A stretch of DNA of 64,000 nucleotides from a virus (lineage: Duplodnaviria > Caudoviricetes): IMG/VR virus record IMGVR_UViG_2600255140_000004, positions 1 through 64,000 of that record. One strand, written 5' to 3'. This document shows, one piece after another, positions 60,482 through 64,000 of the stretch. Numbering within the stretch: position 1 is the stretch's first letter; each line of letters begins with the position of its first letter. The notes beneath the pieces are model-generated. The model saw only the letters and a program-made list of their open reading frames with translations, was not told the origin of the DNA and made no database searches. The position numbers and the translations under genes were made by a program.

Positions 60482-62242
60482 ATGGTTAAAAAGAAACAGA
60501 AGTTCCGGTACATGATACCGGCAGTCCTGCTCGCTTGTTCATCACCTGTCATGGGGGCGGTGCTATGTCCGGCAGCGGAAGTGCTGGCAGCGGCGGAGAC
60601 AGGGCAAATCTTTGAGCTGGTTGACGGCATTGATTTTTCAAAGCCCTTGGATGGGCAGGGATTTAACCGGATCATGACAAGCAGTTCCTCCGCTTTGCTG
60701 GAAGGCGATATCATTGTCGCCGGGGCGCGTCATTATGGATGGATCGGTGACGGCCGGGTTGTTGACCTTGATACAAAAGCAGAGGGTGTTTACGGTTTCA
60801 ACCAGGAGGATGCTTTTTACAGGTTCAAGAAACTGGATCCTGTTTATGAGGTGCCTGTAAACTTGACGGCAGTTTATCATGATGAACTCCAGAGTGTGAT
60901 CCTGCCGGACGGTTTCTCATGGACAGACACCGGGAAGATTGAACAGGTGGGAGAGGCAGTCTATAAAGCAATGTATACGCCGACGAACACGCTGAAGTAC
61001 CATACTGTGGAGGATATCCCTGTCATGGTCATGGTAGGCAAAAAAACAGTTTCCCCATCAATGCCGGATAATGCCTATACCGTGCAGTATAAAGCCGGAC
61101 TGAAACTGGGGGATGTAAAATTGCCGGATGGGTGGTCATTTGCGGAACCGGGTTCCGGATTAAGTGTCGGCGAGGGCATGTATCAGGCAGTCTTTCGGGG
61201 TGATACGGAACATTATGAGTATGATGTCACGCAGAAAGATGTGACAGTGCGTGTAGAAAAGGGGTTCTTGCCCCATCCGTCCCTGACGTACATCCGTGTT
61301 CCGGCTGGCACATATCTCAGCGATGACCTCCTGCCCAATACGGCAGATGGTTCCTATTCATGGGATTCGTCTGTAATAGTCAATAAATCCGGGAGCTATG
61401 GCGTGACTTTCCATCCCAGTGACAAGGTGTCCTATAATGACGAGCCCGGACTGAAGATTTATGTTTATGTCAGTTCGGCACTCAAGGTGCAGAAACCGTC
61501 AGGCAGCAATGGGAACAAGGGAAATACAAGCCATACAGGAAGTACAGGAAATGCGGGCGGTGTAAAAACCCCGGTACAGACGGCGCCCCGTGCGCCCAGC
61601 ACATCTGGCACATTGAAGTCTGAGCCTGTCCAGACAGAAAAAGGCTCTACCCGGATCAGGAAGAATACCAGCGGCTCATATTTGACGGCAAAGACGCTTG
61701 CTGCGACAAATAAAAGCAGCTCGGACATGGTCGTAAAGAAGGATGATGCTGTTAAGGTTACAAGGAAAACGCGGCCAAATGCGTCATCAGCATCCAGAGG
61801 CGGCGCGAATTATGAAAAATTGGAAGACGAGGATGGCAAAGAGTATTATCACTTGTTTGATCCGGCGCTTGGCGCGTTTTATTTCCGCTATGATGACGCT
61901 TTAGGGAAATACCTGAGCTGCAACGCGGACGGAACAGAAATCACAGAAAACCGGGTGGAAATCGAAAGGGCAGAATTTGAGTCATTCCTTAAGGATGCAT
62001 CCCAAACGGCAGCTAGGGCGGGAAGTGATAAGGAGGATACGGACGAAACGGATGAGGCATCAGGGAAAGAAACGGCAGGGCAGGAAGATAGGGAAACAGA
62101 GGCTGAAACTGAGAAAACAGGAATCCCGCTGATTATAAAAATGCTTGCGGTGGTTGCCGCCGCTGCGGTGGCGATATTTGTGGGAAAGAAAAGATCCCAG
62201 ACGGCAGAAGAGCCAGAGACAGGGGAAAACGATCCGCTATAG
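60482..62242 (+). CDS. Surface protein with Ig-like repeats and C-terminal membrane anchor
   Basis: Signal peptide; three LPxG.(F/W)SW repeats; TM + KKR. Confidence 0.75.
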   Translation: MVKKKQKFRYMIPAVLLACSSPVMGAVLCPAAEVLAAAETGQIFELVDGIDFSKPLDGQGFNRIMTSSSSALLEGDIIVAGARHYGWIGDGRVVDLDTKAEGVYGFNQEDAFYRFKKLDPVYEVPVNLTAVYHDELQSVILPDGFSWTDTGKIEQVGEAVYKAMYTPTNTLKYHTVEDIPVMVMVGKKTVSPSMPDNAYTVQYKAGLKLGDVKLPDGWSFAEPGSGLSVGEGMYQAVFRGDTEHYEYDVTQKDVTVRVEKGFLPHPSLTYIRVPAGTYLSDDLLPNTADGSYSWDSSVIVNKSGSYGVTFHPSDKVSYNDEPGLKIYVYVSSALKVQKPSGSNGNKGNTSHTGSTGNAGGVKTPVQTAPRAPSTSGTLKSEPVQTEKGSTRIRKNTSGSYLTAKTLAATNKSSSDMVVKKDDAVKVTRKTRPNASSASRGGANYEKLEDEDGKEYYHLFDPALGAFYFRYDDALGKYLSCNADGTEITENRVEIERAEFESFLKDASQTAARAGSDKEDTDETDEASGKETAGQEDRETEAETEKTGIPLIIKMLAVVAAAAVAIFVGKKRSQTAEEPETGENDPL

Positions 62243-62424
62243 GAAGAAACGTCCTTTTTGCTTAAAGAAGGACGTTTCTTTGCCTGTACAGCCAGGAGAG
62301 ATAAGGCTGTGCAATCCCACTGGCTGTGAATGCCTGGAAAGGTGGTCGGGCCTGTAAATTTTGTTTTTCAGGTTCTTCATATTAAGTTCGTAAAAAACAT
62401 TTCAATATAAGGAGGAAGAATTTT

Positions 62425-63339
62425 ATGTTTACAGCAATCAAGGGAAACAACGGAAGAACTATTTATGTGGGGATGGTTGGGGAAAAAGATGACACATCAC
62501 TGCGCCTTGAAGGAACAGAATGGGATGCGAACATCCAGATGCAGGTGCCGAGGATGATTGAGTGCACGCTCACGGCAGAAACGGCAGAAAAGACAAAAAA
62601 TGTCCGCGTGGGCCATTATCTGATGGTAATGCTGATGCCGTCCAAGGATAATCCGGATGTCGGGATTGCAGAAGAAGTTGGGGCGATCGGCGATATCCTG
62701 TCGATTACAAACATCAAAAATAATCCTAAAAAAATCGTACTGGGTGTTATCCGGTCTGCAAAGCGTTCCGAATCGGGTTCATCTATGATCATCGGCATGA
62801 CAGGGCTCAAGGAATATGGCAAAGAGATTGGACATGCGTCATCCTATATCGGGAGTGACGGCGAGACGCGAGAGTCATACTGGACGAGTTTCGTTGGCTG
62901 TAATTCCACGAAATATCAGAATATGGTGGCGGACAGATTGGAGCGCTCGCTGAAAAAAATGGATCTGGTTACAATGATTTTCCATGAAACAGAGGGTGAA
63001 TACAATGGGCAGCCGGATACAACGAGGTTCATTGACAGATTCGCAGTTGTTTACAGGAACCGCGCGGCAAGTGAGGCAACTGCTCCGGCAACCGCACAGC
63101 AGCCGCAACCACAACAGCCGCAGTGCCAGCAGCCGCAACAACCACGACAGTCGGCAGCACCACAACAGCCGCAACAGCCGCAGTATCAGTCAGCGCAGCA
63201 GCCGCAACAGCCGGCAGTAGTCCAGCAACCGCAATACCAGCAACCACAACAGCCGCAGTACCAGCAGCAGAGTGGGGTAGACAATGGCGGGTATTATGAG
63301 CTGCCGGATGATATGCTTGACGACCTCCCGTTTGCGTAA
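62425..63339 (+). CDS. SSB-like protein with P/Q-rich linker and acidic tail
   Basis: Ends DDMLDDLPFA; Q/P linker; beta-rich N-terminus. Confidence 0.6.
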   Translation: MFTAIKGNNGRTIYVGMVGEKDDTSLRLEGTEWDANIQMQVPRMIECTLTAETAEKTKNVRVGHYLMVMLMPSKDNPDVGIAEEVGAIGDILSITNIKNNPKKIVLGVIRSAKRSESGSSMIIGMTGLKEYGKEIGHASSYIGSDGETRESYWTSFVGCNSTKYQNMVADRLERSLKKMDLVTMIFHETEGEYNGQPDTTRFIDRFAVVYRNRAASEATAPATAQQPQPQQPQCQQPQQPRQSAAPQQPQQPQYQSAQQPQQPAVVQQPQYQQPQQPQYQQQSGVDNGGYYELPDDMLDDLPFA

Positions 63340-63448
63340 AGTCCTAATAAGCAGTTGGAAACCCAGCTGCTTATTTTTTGGGAAACTTTTGCGTGCATTT
63401 TACAGATATTGGGGATGAAAAGATTTTCATTATAAGGAGGAAAAGAAC

Positions 63449-64000
63449 ATGAAAGCAGTAGTTGACAGAAACGAATTCGCGGAGGCGTTAAGGAAAGCAG
63501 GCAGAGCATTGAGCATGAAAACGGTGGGTACGCTGAATGGATACCGCATTTCATTCCGGAGCGACGGGAAAAGCTATATCACGGGTACATCCGGCATATG
63601 CAGGGTGCGTGCCTTGTTTGAGGCAGACGTGGAAACAGAATTTGAGATTGTGGTAGCCCAGGAAGTATGCGAAATCGCAAGCCGGCTGGCAGGTGCTGAC
63701 ATTGCCATTGAGGAATCGGGGGATGAGCTGAATATACGGAGCGGGAAGACCCGCGTGAAAATTCCGGTTTTAGAAATGGAACCCCCGGATTACCGTACAG
63801 CTTATGGCGAAGGCGGGTTTGAGGCTGAGGCTTTGGCTGCGGCAGTGCACGGAGTTGAACACGCGCTTGCGCCGGAAGCAGCCCAGAATGTCATGCTGAC
63901 AAGCATAAAGCTGAATATCAGTAATGATGGGCTTCGCATGGAGGCTCTCGATGGAATCCGTATCGCTGTGCGCGGCGAGGCAGAGGGAAATGAACTCTTG
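63449..64000 (+). CDS. dnaN: DNA polymerase III beta-clamp-like protein, 3'-truncated by window
   Basis: MKAVVDRNEFAEAL...L.I.SG...LRMEALDGIRIA; strong RBS; absent from ORF track because there is no stop in the window. Confidence 0.7.
   Translation, partial: MKAVVDRNEFAEALRKAGRALSMKTVGTLNGYRISFRSDGKSYITGTSGICRVRALFEADVETEFEIVVAQEVCEIASRLAGADIAIEESGDELNIRSGKTRVKIPVLEMEPPDYRTAYGEGGFEAEALAAAVHGVEHALAPEAAQNVMLTSIKLNISNDGLRMEALDGIRIAVRGEAEGNELL

Noticed and set aside
63095-63270. CAG/CCG-rich repeat as a non-coding microsatellite
   Set aside because: Explained by the Q/P linker of the SSB-like CDS

Overview
A stretch of a large mobile replicon (megaplasmid/ICE-like, with a phage-like early region), probably from a Lachnospiraceae-type Bacillota host (inferred from gene families and GGAGG RBSs). 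There are no core-chromosome operons, rRNA, CRISPR or virion genes. It carries its own DNA-metabolism kit (Rep/primase-like initiator, DnaQ-like exonuclease, RecD2, RecJ, UvrD, 5'-3' exonuclease, SSB-like protein, beta-clamp), a MobV relaxase, ClpX, a sigma factor, surface and secretion genes, DNA methylases and a tRNA-Val(CAC). Cargo includes a type I TA locus, a Panacea/PemK-like TA pair, a kinase-GNAT-ASCH operon and a WGR-PARP with an intact H-Y-E triad. A 5.1-kb Tn916-family IME (about 29570-34667) splits a membrane-protein gene. Patterns not explained by the annotation: a three-copy small-RNA-like motif with an anti-SD loop, an iteron-like or structured 0.7-kb non-coding region, a 13-bp palindrome present 7 times, a shared CA(T/A/G)ATT leader motif, a ~55-aa module shared by two surface proteins, and several direct-repeat-bounded cargo cassettes. 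All calls are by eye from motifs; no searches were run.
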